A DNA stretch of 64,000 bases from a candidate division FCPU426 bacterium (GTDB lineage Bacteria; Oederibacteriota; Muellerivitia; Muellerivitales; Muellerivitaceae), in contig CAVYSE010000001.1 in the NCBI GenBank assembly GCA_963771075.1, positions 1 through 64,000 of the forward strand, written 5' to 3'. The position numbers were made by a program, and so were the translations under genes. The notes under the pieces are model-generated. The model saw only the letters and a program-made list of their open reading frames with translations, had not been told where the DNA came from and did not search any database. Positions 11,946 to 26,605 of this stretch are shown piece by piece (the stretch's first letter is position 1; each line of letters begins with the position of its first letter).

Positions 11946-14837
11946 ATGCAAACACTTAAAAAACTCCAGGTTTTATTGAGCATTACATTGTTAATCCCCG
12001 CCGCACTGGCTTTCGCCGGGCCCGTCGTGGAGGTGAACGATACGGCAACTCCGCCCTCTTTGGATGGAACGATCGCCTCCTGGAATCTTACTCCCGTGAT
12101 CGTATTGGATAAGAAAGAACAGGTGGTATTGGGCCAGGCCGAATGGACCGGAGCGGATTATTCCAGCGCCAGGGTTTATCTCACCTATGACGCGACCAAC
12201 CTATACATCGCCGCGGATATTTCCAGCAAAACCCCCATGTACAACAGCCAGGAAGCCAGCAACATCTATAACGGCGACGCCTTAGAACTTTATGTCGGAA
12301 CCGATTTAACCGACCCCAAGCGGACCGCATACGCCCCCACCGATGTCCAGATTTTCATTTCGCCCGGTAAAAACGGAGACAACCCGGTTGTTTACAGCAT
12401 GACGGACAAAGCTCCCATTCCCGATGCGAAAGTGACCACCAAGATGATTCCGGGTGGCTATTCTTTGATGGCCAATATTCCCCTGAAATACTTCTACAAA
12501 ATCGATGTGGGACCCGGTAAATCGATCGGTTTTGACCTTGGGTTGGACGATGTGGGGGCCGCTTCCAAGGTCCGCGCTTTACAGCTGAGTTGGACCCAGC
12601 AGGACAAAAGCTGGCAGGACCCCTCCCAATGGGGCACCCTGACCTTCAAGGGAAACACCGTCTACAAAAACACAACTCCTAAACTGGCCATGCCTGGTTC
12701 GACAGCCACTGATATGGATCCCAAAGACGGGGCTAAAGGCGCGTCCACGGACGGTGTTTTGATTTGGGGCTTCAATGATGACCTGGGAGGGTTTGAGGGA
12801 TCGGTAACCCAGGTGACGGATATCGTCAGCGAAGGAAAGGGCGCCATGCTGATCGGCGCGGATGGCTCCGCGGGTTGGAACCAGAGCCTGGCGGTTTGCA
12901 CGACCCCGCCCGTACCCGATCAATGGGAAACCTTTAAGTCCATCACCATGGACGCTTATTTACCGGCCAAGAGTTTGGCCAAGGCGGGTTACGGGGAGCT
13001 TTACTTGGTAACCCAAAGCCCCGCCAATTCCTGGTATGAGATCAAGATGATTTCCCATGAGGGTTGGAACCACTTCAAAATCGACGTGGATTCCGCCCAG
13101 TTCAAAGGCGGCCTGACCAAGATATTCCTGGTGGTCAATTCCGGCGGCCCCATCCAGGGCCCCATTTATGTGGATAACATCCGCGGTTTGGTGAAGGGCG
13201 CGGTTTCATCCGTGAAAGGCGCGGTGATGGACGAGGCTTCCAAGCCGGTCGTTGGGGCGATCGTGGCCATCGGGAAGACGCTAGTCAAATCCGGAAACGA
13301 CGGCTCCTTTACCATGCAGGTTCCATCGGATGATTACATCGCCGAGGTTTTCTGTCCCGGTTATGTTCAATATAAGGAAAACCTCAAGGTGTTGTCCGGC
13401 AAGGACAATGTTTGGAACATCACCATGAAATCTATGAATAATTCCCCCAAGAAAGCGGTGATTGACGTCTTTATGGAACCGAAGGATAAAGTGCGCACGA
13501 TCAATCCCCATTACCTATACGGCAATAATATCGCCGCATGGTACGACCCCAAATGGCTGACCAATCCCACGGCCTTGAAGGAATGCAACGCCATCAGTAA
13601 CTACATCCGGGTTCCCGGCGGCGCCTATGGAAACGTTTGGAATTGGAAAACCGGCGCGGTTTTCCGCAAGGACGGGGTGAACATTCAATGGACGCCGGAC
13701 ATGAAATGGGCGGACATGGTGGCTTACCTCAAGGCCACTAATTCCGAGCCCTTGATGATCGCGAACATCATGACCTTGGATGTCCAAAACTGCCTGGACT
13801 GGATCGCGGACGCCAAAGCCCAGGGCCTGACCGTCAAGTACGTCGAGTTGGGAAACGAGCCCGACTACGAGGCGGAGCTGGCGAAGAACGGCGAAACCCA
13901 GTACTGGACGGTGATTGATAACTATTGCAAGGCTTACCTGGAGTACGCCAAGGCCATCAAGGCCAAGTGGCCTGATATCAAGCTGATGGGCCCGGTGCCA
14001 GCCCAGGTGGAAAATCACGAGCGCAAGGCGGGACAACCTTGGCTCGCTTCCCAAACGGATCCTTGGTGGGTTGAGAAGTTCCTCGAGGAATGCGCCCCCT
14101 ACGTGGACGTGGTCTCGGTCCACAGCTATCCCTATTGGAGCAATGATAGCGACGTGAACCTGTTGTCCAAGGTCGGCCATTGGGCTGAATTCATACCCAA
14201 GATTCGCCAGTCCATCCAGAAAAACATGCCCGACCGGGCCAACCAGATCGAGATCGCGGTTTCGGAATGGAACTCGGGGGATGAGAATTCAACGACCGCC
14301 CGCCTAGTCAACGGCGTTTTCTGTACGGATTACCTGGCCCAAATGGCCCTTTATGGGGTCAACCAAAGCAATATTTGGGACATGATGACCCAGAAGGCGG
14401 GGCAGGGCGGCGGACATGGGGTGATCGACCCCCAGGGAGACCCCGATCATCCATTCGCGATGCGTTCAACCTACTGGGGCCTCGACTTGTTGGAACACCA
14501 CTTTGGGACGGATATCTACCAAGCGGTGACCGATCAACCGGATGATTTGGACGCCTACGCCAGCGAGGGCAACGGTAAGAAATATCTCATGGTCATCAAT
14601 AAGAACTCCAAGAATCCCTTTACCGCTGAAATTAACCTGGGCGCGGGCGCGGGAAAGAGCAAACTGGATTTCTACCGCCTGGGACCGGATGAGTTCCAAT
14701 GGAGCGAAAACCTCTACCGCGCCGTGATCAATTCAGGCCCATCCCATTTGGAGGGTTCGGCGGTGGTGGGGGGCCATTTTTCAGCCACTTTCCCACCCTA
14801 TTCAGTGACTTGTATCGAGATGACACCCGCTCCTTAA
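11946..14837 (+). CDS. secreted modular glycoside hydrolase (CBM9-like + beta-sandwich domains + clan GH-A barrel)
   Basis: Signal peptide; YDATNLYIAA and GDALELY (CBM9-like); ELGNEPD, SVHSYP, VSEWN; follows a LacI gene. Confidence 0.75.
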   Translation: MQTLKKLQVLLSITLLIPAALAFAGPVVEVNDTATPPSLDGTIASWNLTPVIVLDKKEQVVLGQAEWTGADYSSARVYLTYDATNLYIAADISSKTPMYNSQEASNIYNGDALELYVGTDLTDPKRTAYAPTDVQIFISPGKNGDNPVVYSMTDKAPIPDAKVTTKMIPGGYSLMANIPLKYFYKIDVGPGKSIGFDLGLDDVGAASKVRALQLSWTQQDKSWQDPSQWGTLTFKGNTVYKNTTPKLAMPGSTATDMDPKDGAKGASTDGVLIWGFNDDLGGFEGSVTQVTDIVSEGKGAMLIGADGSAGWNQSLAVCTTPPVPDQWETFKSITMDAYLPAKSLAKAGYGELYLVTQSPANSWYEIKMISHEGWNHFKIDVDSAQFKGGLTKIFLVVNSGGPIQGPIYVDNIRGLVKGAVSSVKGAVMDEASKPVVGAIVAIGKTLVKSGNDGSFTMQVPSDDYIAEVFCPGYVQYKENLKVLSGKDNVWNITMKSMNNSPKKAVIDVFMEPKDKVRTINPHYLYGNNIAAWYDPKWLTNPTALKECNAISNYIRVPGGAYGNVWNWKTGAVFRKDGVNIQWTPDMKWADMVAYLKATNSEPLMIANIMTLDVQNCLDWIADAKAQGLTVKYVELGNEPDYEAELAKNGETQYWTVIDNYCKAYLEYAKAIKAKWPDIKLMGPVPAQVENHERKAGQPWLASQTDPWWVEKFLEECAPYVDVVSVHSYPYWSNDSDVNLLSKVGHWAEFIPKIRQSIQKNMPDRANQIEIAVSEWNSGDENSTTARLVNGVFCTDYLAQMALYGVNQSNIWDMMTQKAGQGGGHGVIDPQGDPDHPFAMRSTYWGLDLLEHHFGTDIYQAVTDQPDDLDAYASEGNGKKYLMVINKNSKNPFTAEINLGAGAGKSKLDFYRLGPDEFQWSENLYRAVINSGPSHLEGSAVVGGHFSATFPPYSVTCIEMTPAP

Positions 14838-15038
14838 TGTAGATGAAATGGTTGCCGGTTCCCAAAATATAAGACTTTTTTGGGAATCGGCGGCTTTTGT
14901 TTCTGGCAATGCCGAGAAAACCCTTCCACGATCCTATTCCTCCCTTTGCAAGCCGGTTCCATGGATAAATCCTTTTCCCCGCCCTCAACCCTGTGTAAAA
15001 TTGTTTTTTCCAGCCTCCGCCCAAGGAGCCAAGCGAAA

Positions 15039-17372
15039 GTGGCCGAAGACAAAGCAGTCCTGATCAAAACCGCTTACTCCTATTATCAAAAAGGGGATTG
15101 GGATAGGGCTATCGAGGAATACCACAAGTTAGCCGACCTGGACCCCAAAGATCTCAACGTTCACAACATGCTCGCGGATATCTACGGTAAAAAGGGCGAT
15201 GTCCCGGAGGCCCTTCAGCAGTACGACGTGGTGGCCCAGGGTTTTGACGAGAAGAACCAGATTGATAAGGTGCTTCAGGTTTACAAGCGCATGTTGAAGT
15301 TGGTTCCGGGGGACCCCAATCTTTCCATCGCGGTGCAAAACCTGCTGGAAAAATACCTGAACCGGGCGAAGACTCTGGAGGAAACGGAACCCACGAAGTC
15401 GATGGAGATTTACCGTTCCATTCTTCGCGCCGAACCCACACGGTCCGAGGCCGCTTTCCAGTTGGCGCGGGTGCTGATGAAATCGGGGCAGAAACTAGAA
15501 GCGATCGATAGCCTCATGAACCTGGCGGCGGGATTGGACCCTGAAACCCAGACCGGGAAACTGTCTGAAGTCCTCCAGATGGTGGCGGAAATCGATCCCG
15601 TCAACGTGGAAGCCCGTGAATCTTTGACCCAGTTACTCGTGCGGGCCGGTCAAAACTCCATCGCGCTGAAAAATCTCCAATCCCTCATCGAAATTTATAT
15701 CAGCCACAACGATTACTCCAAGGCGGAGCAGGCGGCCCAGCAGGCCCTGGCCTTGGGCGACCAGAACACTTTTTACCATTTGGGAGTCATTTACTTCAAC
15801 CAACAGAAGTATACCGAGAGCCGGCAAGCTTTCGAACGGTTCCTCCAGATCCAGGACACCCATGTGGGCGCCTTGAAATATCTTGCCCTTGATTTCCTGC
15901 GGATGAACCAAAACGGCGATGCGGTGAAGGTTTACCAGAAAATCCTCGATGTGTATTTTAATGAGAACCTCCTCGACGAGGCGAGGGAACTGCGCCAGAC
16001 CATATTGGAATTGGACCCGAATAACCAGGTGGTGGGGAAATATCCCCTGGACCAAGTCCTGGTGCCGCCCACGGAAGCTCCCGCGCCGGTCGTGGAAGCT
16101 TCTCCCGAGGCCACTGCGGCCCAGGAATCGGCGGACCAACAGGCTTATTTGGTCGAGGCCCAGGCCTACGCGGACAAGGGCCTTTATGAACAATCCATCG
16201 ACGTTTACCTGGACATGCTCAAGCGTTGGCCTCACTTGGCTGAGATCCGGGTGAAACTCCAACAGGTCTATGCCCTCATGGCCCGAAGCGCCGAGCCGGT
16301 TGAGAAAACGCCCTCTCCCGATGAGATCAAATTGGAGCTGGAACTACAGCTTCGTGAACAGATGCGGCAGGAATTGGAGGAACAGGCCCGTGCTTCCCGC
16401 CAATTGCAAGATGAGATGGAGCGTAAAAGGGAATTGGAGCAAATGAAGTTCAAACAGGAACTGGAAGCCAAGATGGCCGAGCAAATGCATAAATCGAAGG
16501 AGGATGAGCTTCGCCAGAGGCTTTTGCATGAATTCGAGGAAAAGCAGAACAGCCTTCTCCACGAGAAGGAAAAGATCGAGATGGAACGGCAACTCCTCAT
16601 GGAGAAGATGCGCCACGAAATGGAAAGTTCCCGCGCGGAAATGGAAAAGAAGATACGGGAACAATTGGAATGGGAGTACCGCCAAAAGATCGAGAAGGAA
16701 GCCAAGGAAAGGGAAGCCCAGGAAGCCCAGGATCGGGAACGTCGGCTTCGGGAGGCTAAAAACCAGGAAGAGCGGGAAAAGGAATTAAGGCTCCAGGAAG
16801 CCCAGATCCTCGAGGCGAAAGAAAGGCAAAAACGCCAGGCGGAAGAACAGGTTCGGGAAGCCTTGGAACGGGAAAGGCGCAAAGCGGAAGAACTGGCCAA
16901 GGAAGTTCAGGAACGGGAACGGAGATTGGCGGAGTCCCAGGCGCAGGCGACTTTGGAAAAAGAAAAACGGCAAGCGGAGGCCCTGGCCCGGGAACGCGAG
17001 GATCTGGTCAAGGCGCAATTGAAATTGGAGGAAGAACACCGGCACAAACTGGAAGAACAACGGAAAGAACAGGAGGCCGCCAAGGCCCGCATCAACCAGG
17101 AAATATTCCAAGGGATGGAACGCATCCGGTTGGAAAAAGAGAAGGAAACCCAAAATCCCCCCCCGTCCCAGGCGGCGTCTTCCAAAAACTCGGGTGGTTC
17201 CGCGGATTCAATCGAGGATCCCTTTGTCCGCAAGACCCTGGCCGATATCTACGCCGCACAAGGACTCTATGTGGAAGCCCTCAAGATCTACGAGCGTATC
17301 CTCAGCGAGGAACCCGATAACAATGAAGTGAAGGAAAAACTGCGGGATATCCTTCGAATGAAGGGGATCTGA
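15039..17372 (+). CDS. TPR protein with a long charged coiled coil
   Basis: Several TPRs, E/K/R/Q-rich segment, C-terminal TLADIYAAQGLY TPR; GTG start after AAGGAG. Confidence 0.8.
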   Translation: MAEDKAVLIKTAYSYYQKGDWDRAIEEYHKLADLDPKDLNVHNMLADIYGKKGDVPEALQQYDVVAQGFDEKNQIDKVLQVYKRMLKLVPGDPNLSIAVQNLLEKYLNRAKTLEETEPTKSMEIYRSILRAEPTRSEAAFQLARVLMKSGQKLEAIDSLMNLAAGLDPETQTGKLSEVLQMVAEIDPVNVEARESLTQLLVRAGQNSIALKNLQSLIEIYISHNDYSKAEQAAQQALALGDQNTFYHLGVIYFNQQKYTESRQAFERFLQIQDTHVGALKYLALDFLRMNQNGDAVKVYQKILDVYFNENLLDEARELRQTILELDPNNQVVGKYPLDQVLVPPTEAPAPVVEASPEATAAQESADQQAYLVEAQAYADKGLYEQSIDVYLDMLKRWPHLAEIRVKLQQVYALMARSAEPVEKTPSPDEIKLELELQLREQMRQELEEQARASRQLQDEMERKRELEQMKFKQELEAKMAEQMHKSKEDELRQRLLHEFEEKQNSLLHEKEKIEMERQLLMEKMRHEMESSRAEMEKKIREQLEWEYRQKIEKEAKEREAQEAQDRERRLREAKNQEEREKELRLQEAQILEAKERQKRQAEEQVREALERERRKAEELAKEVQERERRLAESQAQATLEKEKRQAEALAREREDLVKAQLKLEEEHRHKLEEQRKEQEAAKARINQEIFQGMERIRLEKEKETQNPPPSQAASSKNSGGSADSIEDPFVRKTLADIYAAQGLYVEALKIYERILSEEPDNNEVKEKLRDILRMKGI

Positions 17373-17469
17373 CCCTTCCTTTGCGCTTCATCCCACCCGT
17401 TCGGCGCCTTTGCTTCAAAAACCTAGCGTTCATCCCTTCCCCAAATTACAAGGAAAAGATTCCGTTTTT

Positions 17470-18246
17470 ATGATCAAGCGTCAGGCCTATCCCATTCTCG
17501 AATTCGATCCAGCCAACCAGGCCTATATTCATCCCCGAAATGTTTACTCCTATCGGGGACGGCTATTCCCGGAGAGGGTGGTGATTTGTTTTTTCAAGGA
17601 TGTCCTCGCCCAAGTCATCCGGAAGAAAAAGGCGCGTAAAATCGCCGTGTTTAACTCCGAAAACGGCCCCAACCCGGTTCATGAGATCGCTTTTAAAAAT
17701 AAAAAAATCGCCATACTGCATCCCAATATCGGTGCGGCGGCCGCCGCCGGGTTTCTGGATGAGGCCATTGGCATGGGAGGCAAGAAATTCATCGCTTGCG
17801 GCGGTGCCGGGGTGCTTCGCAAGGAACTGGCGGTTGGCCATTTGATCGTGCCCACCTCGGCCGTCCGGGATGAGGGCGCCTCTTATCATTATATGGCTCC
17901 ATCCAGGGAAGCATTCCCCCATCCCAAGGGCCTGCAAGCCATCCGGAAGGTCTTGGGAAGACACCAAGTCCCGTTTATCGAGGGAAAAACCTGGACGACG
18001 GACGGGTTCTACCGGGAAACCCTTGACAAGGTGAAATTACGTAAAAAGGAAGGCTGTCTGTCGGTGGAAATGGAATGTTCGGCCTTTTTCGCAGTCTCCA
18101 AATTTCGAAAAGTCAAATTTAGCCAAATCCTCTATAGTGGGGATGATTTGAGCGGTCCCATTCATGATGATCGCGGATGGAAGTCCCGGGGAACGATTCG
18201 GGAAAGGGTGTTTTGGCTAGCGGTGGAAGCTTGCGCCTTACTGTGA
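17470..18246 (+). CDS. nucleoside phosphorylase (PNP/UDP family)
   Basis: RDEGASYHY, TWTTDGFYRET, VEME. Confidence 0.9.
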   Translation: MIKRQAYPILEFDPANQAYIHPRNVYSYRGRLFPERVVICFFKDVLAQVIRKKKARKIAVFNSENGPNPVHEIAFKNKKIAILHPNIGAAAAAGFLDEAIGMGGKKFIACGGAGVLRKELAVGHLIVPTSAVRDEGASYHYMAPSREAFPHPKGLQAIRKVLGRHQVPFIEGKTWTTDGFYRETLDKVKLRKKEGCLSVEMECSAFFAVSKFRKVKFSQILYSGDDLSGPIHDDRGWKSRGTIRERVFWLAVEACALL

Positions 18247-18277
18247 GCTATTCCGTGAGCTGTGAGGGGTGGGCGGA

Positions 18278-20344
18278 ATGCAACCCGATCAACATAAAAA
18301 TCCAGATGCGATTGTAACCGGTCCAAAACCGGAAGGTTTGGAACCGGGTTTCGTCCAGTTGAGTCGTCCTATCTTGTGGGCTTGTATTGGCTGCCTGGTG
18401 TTCATGGTCTGTTTGTTTTATCTTCCCGTCTTGCGGAATGGGTTCGTCAATTGGGATGACATGGACGTCATCGCCGAAAACCCCCATATCCGGTCCCTCA
18501 ACCTGGCGAACCTCCGATGGATGTTCACGACCTTTCACGCGGATAATTGGGTTCCCCTCACCTGGCTCTCCCTCGCCCTCAACTATCGGATGGGCGGGCT
18601 CCAACCCGGGGTTTTCCACTTCACCAATGTCGCCCTTCACGCACTCAATACGGCCCTGGTCTTTTTAACCTGTGTGAAGGTGATCAGGCTGATCCGGGGG
18701 GAAAGCGCCTTTCCCATGAGCGCGGTCATTCCCACGGCCTTGGTCACCGCACTCTTGTTCGGGCTCCATCCCATCCATGTGGAGTCCGTGGCTTGGGCTA
18801 CCGAGCGCAAGGATGTTCTTTACTCCTTCTTTTATCTTTCGGGCATCCTTTTATACCTGGATTACGTTTCTTCCCGCCTTAAAAACAAACTGAAACTTTA
18901 CGGTTGTTTGGGGCTTTACCTATTGGCCTTGATGTCCAAACCCATGGCGGTAACCCTTCCCTTGGCATTTCTCATCCTGGACTATTGGCCCCTCGACCGG
19001 TTTCCTTCCGAGCGTTTGAAGCCGTTGGTTGAAAAAATACCATTCTTCATCCTGGCTTTGGTTTTTGGTTGCCTTGCGGTGGCGTCCCATGAGGAAACCA
19101 TTTCCTCCACGGCCCCCACGGCCCAGGTCTATTGGGTGATGAACGCCTTTCGCTCTCTTATTTTTTACCTGTTTAAGATGGCCTTGCCCCTGAACCTGGT
19201 TCCCTTGGTTCCATTCCCCCGCGTGATGGATACCTATTATCAAATCCAAAACCTTTTGGCCGCCCTGCTGGTGGTCATTGCCGTCATGGCTTGCTACCGG
19301 ACCCGAAAGACCGCGCCCTATTGGGGAGCCGCCGGGTTGTTCTACCTCCTGACCCTCCTGCCGGTATTGGGAATTTTACAGACGGGAAGCCAAGCGGCCG
19401 CGGATCGGTACACCTATTTCCCAAGCTTGAGTGTGTTCTTCCTGTTTTCGGCAGGAATGGCCTGCTGGTTGTCGAACCGCCGCTTTTTTCTCCCGCTTTT
19501 CATTGTGGCTTTGACCTGCTTATTGGGGTTTGGAGCTGTGAGGCAAATCGGTTTGTGGAAAAATTCGGAAACCCTGTGGGAAAGCGTGGTTCGGGCCTAT
19601 CCCGCTGATTCGGCTCTGGCCTACACCTATCTGGGGGGCACCTACACGGAAGAAAAAAGGTGGAATGACGCCCTCGGAGCCTTCCAACAAGCCTTGGCCA
19701 TTCCACCCCCTATGGCCGCGGCCCATTTGGGCTATGGCCGTCTTTTGCTCTATTTCGGCAAGGTGGACCAAGCGATCCAGGAATTCAATACCGCCATTGC
19801 CATTGACCCCAACCAGGTCCGTCCCCATGAGAGTCTTTGGAGCGTCTATGAGCGTTTAGGCAAGCACCCTGAGGCGATTTCCCAAATCCAGACTGCGATA
19901 CAAATGGAACCAAATGACGCTGGATTTTTCTGTGATTTGGGGGTGAGTTTTTCCATTTTGAAACGGTATCCTGAAGCGGAAAAGGCCTTTCAAAAGGCCC
20001 ATGAATTGGACCCGGATTCAAGCCTTTACGTGGTGAACTTGGCGACGGTTCAGGTATTTGAAGGCCGGGCTTCCGAGGCCATGAGCTTGTACCAACAGGA
20101 GATTTCGGAAGGGAACCGAATACCGCTTTATTACCTGAAAATGGCGGATATTTTTTTGGACCAGCGGAAGACGGATCAGGCCTTGCAGGCCCTTCAAGCC
20201 GCCTCGCAATTGAACCCGCAAGAACCTAAACTGCTGCAGCAAATCGGCGAGGATTATGACCGGGCGGGGCAGAAGGCGATTGCCCAATCTTTTTACGAAA
20301 GGGTCCGGTCCTTAACCGGAACGAAGCCTCCCCAGGGGAATTGA
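18278..20344 (+). CDS. GT-C membrane protein with C-terminal TPRs (TMTC-like)
   Basis: NWDD, HPIHVESVAWATERKD, ADRYTY, TPRs. Confidence 0.85.
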   Translation: MQPDQHKNPDAIVTGPKPEGLEPGFVQLSRPILWACIGCLVFMVCLFYLPVLRNGFVNWDDMDVIAENPHIRSLNLANLRWMFTTFHADNWVPLTWLSLALNYRMGGLQPGVFHFTNVALHALNTALVFLTCVKVIRLIRGESAFPMSAVIPTALVTALLFGLHPIHVESVAWATERKDVLYSFFYLSGILLYLDYVSSRLKNKLKLYGCLGLYLLALMSKPMAVTLPLAFLILDYWPLDRFPSERLKPLVEKIPFFILALVFGCLAVASHEETISSTAPTAQVYWVMNAFRSLIFYLFKMALPLNLVPLVPFPRVMDTYYQIQNLLAALLVVIAVMACYRTRKTAPYWGAAGLFYLLTLLPVLGILQTGSQAAADRYTYFPSLSVFFLFSAGMACWLSNRRFFLPLFIVALTCLLGFGAVRQIGLWKNSETLWESVVRAYPADSALAYTYLGGTYTEEKRWNDALGAFQQALAIPPPMAAAHLGYGRLLLYFGKVDQAIQEFNTAIAIDPNQVRPHESLWSVYERLGKHPEAISQIQTAIQMEPNDAGFFCDLGVSFSILKRYPEAEKAFQKAHELDPDSSLYVVNLATVQVFEGRASEAMSLYQQEISEGNRIPLYYLKMADIFLDQRKTDQALQALQAASQLNPQEPKLLQQIGEDYDRAGQKAIAQSFYERVRSLTGTKPPQGN

Positions 20345-20428
20345 CTGGTGAGGACCCGGAGGACCCATGGATCGGGAAATCGGTCTTCCCATTTAAATTA
20401 GGTTAAAATTTGTTGAAGGCGGAGCCGG

Positions 20429-21460
20429 ATGCAAACAAAACTCTTTGACTACCATCTTCCGTCGGAAAGCATAGCCCAGAGACCCTTGGCCCAGAGGGAT
20501 TCCTCCCGCATGCTGGTTCTTGACCGGCAAACGGGCCGGGTGGATCACGGTTATGTGAAAGACTTGGCTCAGTGGCTCTTACCCAACGATCTTTATATCG
20601 TGAATCGCACTAAGGTCATGCCCGCCCGGCTCTTCGCGACCAAACCCCAGACCGGCGCCCAACTCGAAATTTTCCTTTTACGCTCTTCGGAGGGTGAAAA
20701 GAACTGGGAAGCCCTGATTCGCCCCGCCCGCAGGGTGCGAAACCAGATGGTTCTTCAGCTCGAACCCCATGGGGAAGTGGAAATTGTGGAAACCCTGGAT
20801 GAAGGCCATTTTCTCATCGAAATCCGGGGCACAGGCCCCTTGCGACCCTTTCTTTTCAAACACGGCCATATCCCCCTGCCTCCCTATATCAAACGCCCTG
20901 ACGATAAAAAGGATCGGGACCGTTACCAAACCCTCTTCGCCAGGCAGTTGGGTTCCGTGGCGGCGCCGACGGCGGGGCTCCATTTCACCCCGGCCATGCT
21001 TTCAAGCCTTAAAAAGAGAGGGCTCAAGCAAAGCGAGGTTTTACTCCATGTGGGTTTGGGGACATTCCTTCCGGTCTCGAAAGGTGAGACGGAGGATCAC
21101 ATCATGCATCCGGAGTTTTACGAGGTTTCACCAGCCACGGTCAAGGCGGTCCAAGAAACCCGAAAAAAAGGGGGAAGGATTGTCGCCATCGGAACGACCG
21201 TCGTGCGGGCCCTGGAATCGGCAAGGGAAGAAAAGGGCGAATTGGTTTCTCAAAAGGGGGAAACCCGGCTCTTCATCACGCCGGGCTTTTCCTTTGGCGC
21301 GGTGGATATACTCTTCACCAACTTCCACCAGCCCCAATCCACACTCTTGATGCTGGTATGCGCTTTCGCGGGCCGGGAAAGGGTTCTGGCGGCCTATGAG
21401 GAGGCGGTCCGGAAAGGGTATCGGTTTTTATCCTACGGCGACGCCATGCTGGTCTTGTGA
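20429..21460 (+). CDS. queA: S-adenosylmethionine:tRNA ribosyltransferase-isomerase
   Basis: FDYHLP, AAPTAGLHF, TNFHQP, YRFLSYGDAML. Confidence 0.97.
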   Translation: MQTKLFDYHLPSESIAQRPLAQRDSSRMLVLDRQTGRVDHGYVKDLAQWLLPNDLYIVNRTKVMPARLFATKPQTGAQLEIFLLRSSEGEKNWEALIRPARRVRNQMVLQLEPHGEVEIVETLDEGHFLIEIRGTGPLRPFLFKHGHIPLPPYIKRPDDKKDRDRYQTLFARQLGSVAAPTAGLHFTPAMLSSLKKRGLKQSEVLLHVGLGTFLPVSKGETEDHIMHPEFYEVSPATVKAVQETRKKGGRIVAIGTTVVRALESAREEKGELVSQKGETRLFITPGFSFGAVDILFTNFHQPQSTLLMLVCAFAGRERVLAAYEEAVRKGYRFLSYGDAMLVL

Positions 21461-21520
21461 CGGTTCTCCTCTTTTTTTAGGGTTCTCCCACGCCGGGACC
21501 TGCCGTTATGATGAGGACCT

Positions 21521-24830
<3,310 letters not shown>

Positions 24831-24870
24831 GTTAAGCGCCCGAAGGCTGTTTTGGCCGTAAAATATCCCC

Positions 24871-25518
24871 ATGTCCCCCCTATCCGTTCATTTTTTCGGT
24901 TCGGAAGATTCCCGAGCGCCCATTCGAAAAATACATTATTGGGTCGCGGCCGCGTCCCTGATCCCTATCGCGGGTTTGGTCCCCGCGTCCCTATCCATCC
25001 TGTGGGGCATTCAAAAGCTGGAAAAGAAGGGCGGCCCGGTTCTTTTGGTACTGGGTCTCCTGGGTTTTACCGTCTCGGGGTTACTGGCTCATCTCGTTTT
25101 CAATCCCTCCACCGCTTCGAATACATCCATACCGGCGGTTGCCATGGGCGGGGAAAGCGCCATCCACTGGCTTCAGCCTTCCGAAGGGTTGAAAAGATCG
25201 CAAGAAACCGGAAAACCCATCCTTTACGATTTCACCGCGTCTTGGTGCGGGTGGTGCAAGGTCATGGACAAGAATGTTTTCGAAAAAACCCAGGACGCGG
25301 TTGGCATCAACAACGCCTGTGTACCGGTGGTGGTGATGGACGTCGGGAGGGAAACGGGGAGCAATCCCCAGGATATCGCCGAACTGCAGGCCAGATACAA
25401 AGTCCGTGGTTTTCCCACCTTGGTTATTCAATATCCCAACAACGGAGGAGCCAGGGAGATGGTGGGCTTCCAGGGGGAACAGGCCGTCATGAATTTCATC
25501 AACCAGGGGAAGCCTTAA
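24871..25518 (+). CDS. membrane-anchored thioredoxin-family protein
   Basis: Two TM segments, WCGWC, VRGFPT. Confidence 0.85.
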   Translation: MSPLSVHFFGSEDSRAPIRKIHYWVAAASLIPIAGLVPASLSILWGIQKLEKKGGPVLLVLGLLGFTVSGLLAHLVFNPSTASNTSIPAVAMGGESAIHWLQPSEGLKRSQETGKPILYDFTASWCGWCKVMDKNVFEKTQDAVGINNACVPVVVMDVGRETGSNPQDIAELQARYKVRGFPTLVIQYPNNGGAREMVGFQGEQAVMNFINQGKP

Positions 25519-25698
25519 AGCCGCTGCTGAGGCGGGGCATTAACCCTCAATCCAGTCGTCTTGTAAACCTTTAGCCAAGGGGCCGACGATAGCAAACCTT
25601 GCGAATCAGGATGAAGGGGATTGAAATGGGTACGTTAATGACTTGGTGAGGTCGGAAAGGCCTAACCTTTTCATTGTTGGCCATTCCCCTTGGTTCAT

Positions 25699-25974
25699 TT
25701 ATTTCAAAAGGTTTGATCCCAAAAGAAATTTGTTCAAAAGCCCCTCAACCAAACCCTTGTCCTTCTTGTTCAAAATCAGGGAATTATCCTGGGCCACCGA
25801 GGCAAGGATATCCTCGAGCATTTTATCGCGCACTTCAAAGTCATAGACTTTTTGGGGAGAATTCAGGTTTTACAGGACCGAATACCACTTTTCGAAAAGG
25901 ATAAGGCCCTGGTTTTTAAGGAAGTCCTCAACGTAACGGGTGATGATTTTATTCCGGTCAGCCTTGGTGCCCAT
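25699..25974 (-). pseudogene. small hypothetical gene with an internal TAA at 25870-25872
   Basis: MGTKADRNKIITRYVEDFLKNQGLILFEKWYSVL*NLNSPQKVYDFEVRDKMLEDIL..; frame stays protein-like across the stop. Confidence 0.45.
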
Positions 25975-26095
25975 TTTTATATAAGCCCTTCCCGCCAGAT
26001 AAACTTTATCGCATCGAAAGGCTTGGCGGATTAGCGTCTCGATGGTTCTGATCGCCCTTAGCCAGGGGCTGGCAGTGCATATACGAGGTTTTTGC

Positions 26096-26239
26096 CTATT
26101 GTTTCTCCAAAGATTTCCGGATGGCCGCTAAGTGTTCCTCGATCTTGTCCAGTTTCCAGTACCAAAGTAAAAGACTTCGACAGATGAAGAAAATCACGAT
26201 CACTACGACGGCGGTTACCACAATTCCAATGAGTCCCAT
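26096..26239 (-). CDS. 47-aa single-TM protein (not in the ORF track)
   Basis: GGAGG RBS; MGLIGIVVTAVVVIVIFFICRSLLLWYWKLDKIEEHLAAIRKSLEKQ. Confidence 0.75.
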   Translation of the reverse strand: MGLIGIVVTAVVVIVIFFICRSLLLWYWKLDKIEEHLAAIRKSLEKQ

Positions 26240-26605
26240 ATTTCCTCCTGCATCTGTCCTACCGTTATAAGAAATATCCGAATAAGTTCTGGATTTCGAA
26301 ATAGGGGATCAGGATCAGGGCGGACCCTCCATGAAGCGGATAGCCGCCCGAAGATGCGAGGCGGATGCCCCTAACGGCGATGATTATACCAGCCACGCTG
26401 ATTTGAAAATGGTTACCGTTTTCCCTATTTACCCAAAACTTCTCGTAAATGACCTGTAAATCTTCTGAAACCTATATTTTTCAATGGTTTTAACCCTCGT
26501 TTTTTCAACACTTCATCAATGATTTAGGGATAATCACCCATCTGGTTTTGCGGTTTTTAAGACGCATTTCTTTCCAGACACTTTCAGCCATAGGGGAGCT
26601 ATGAC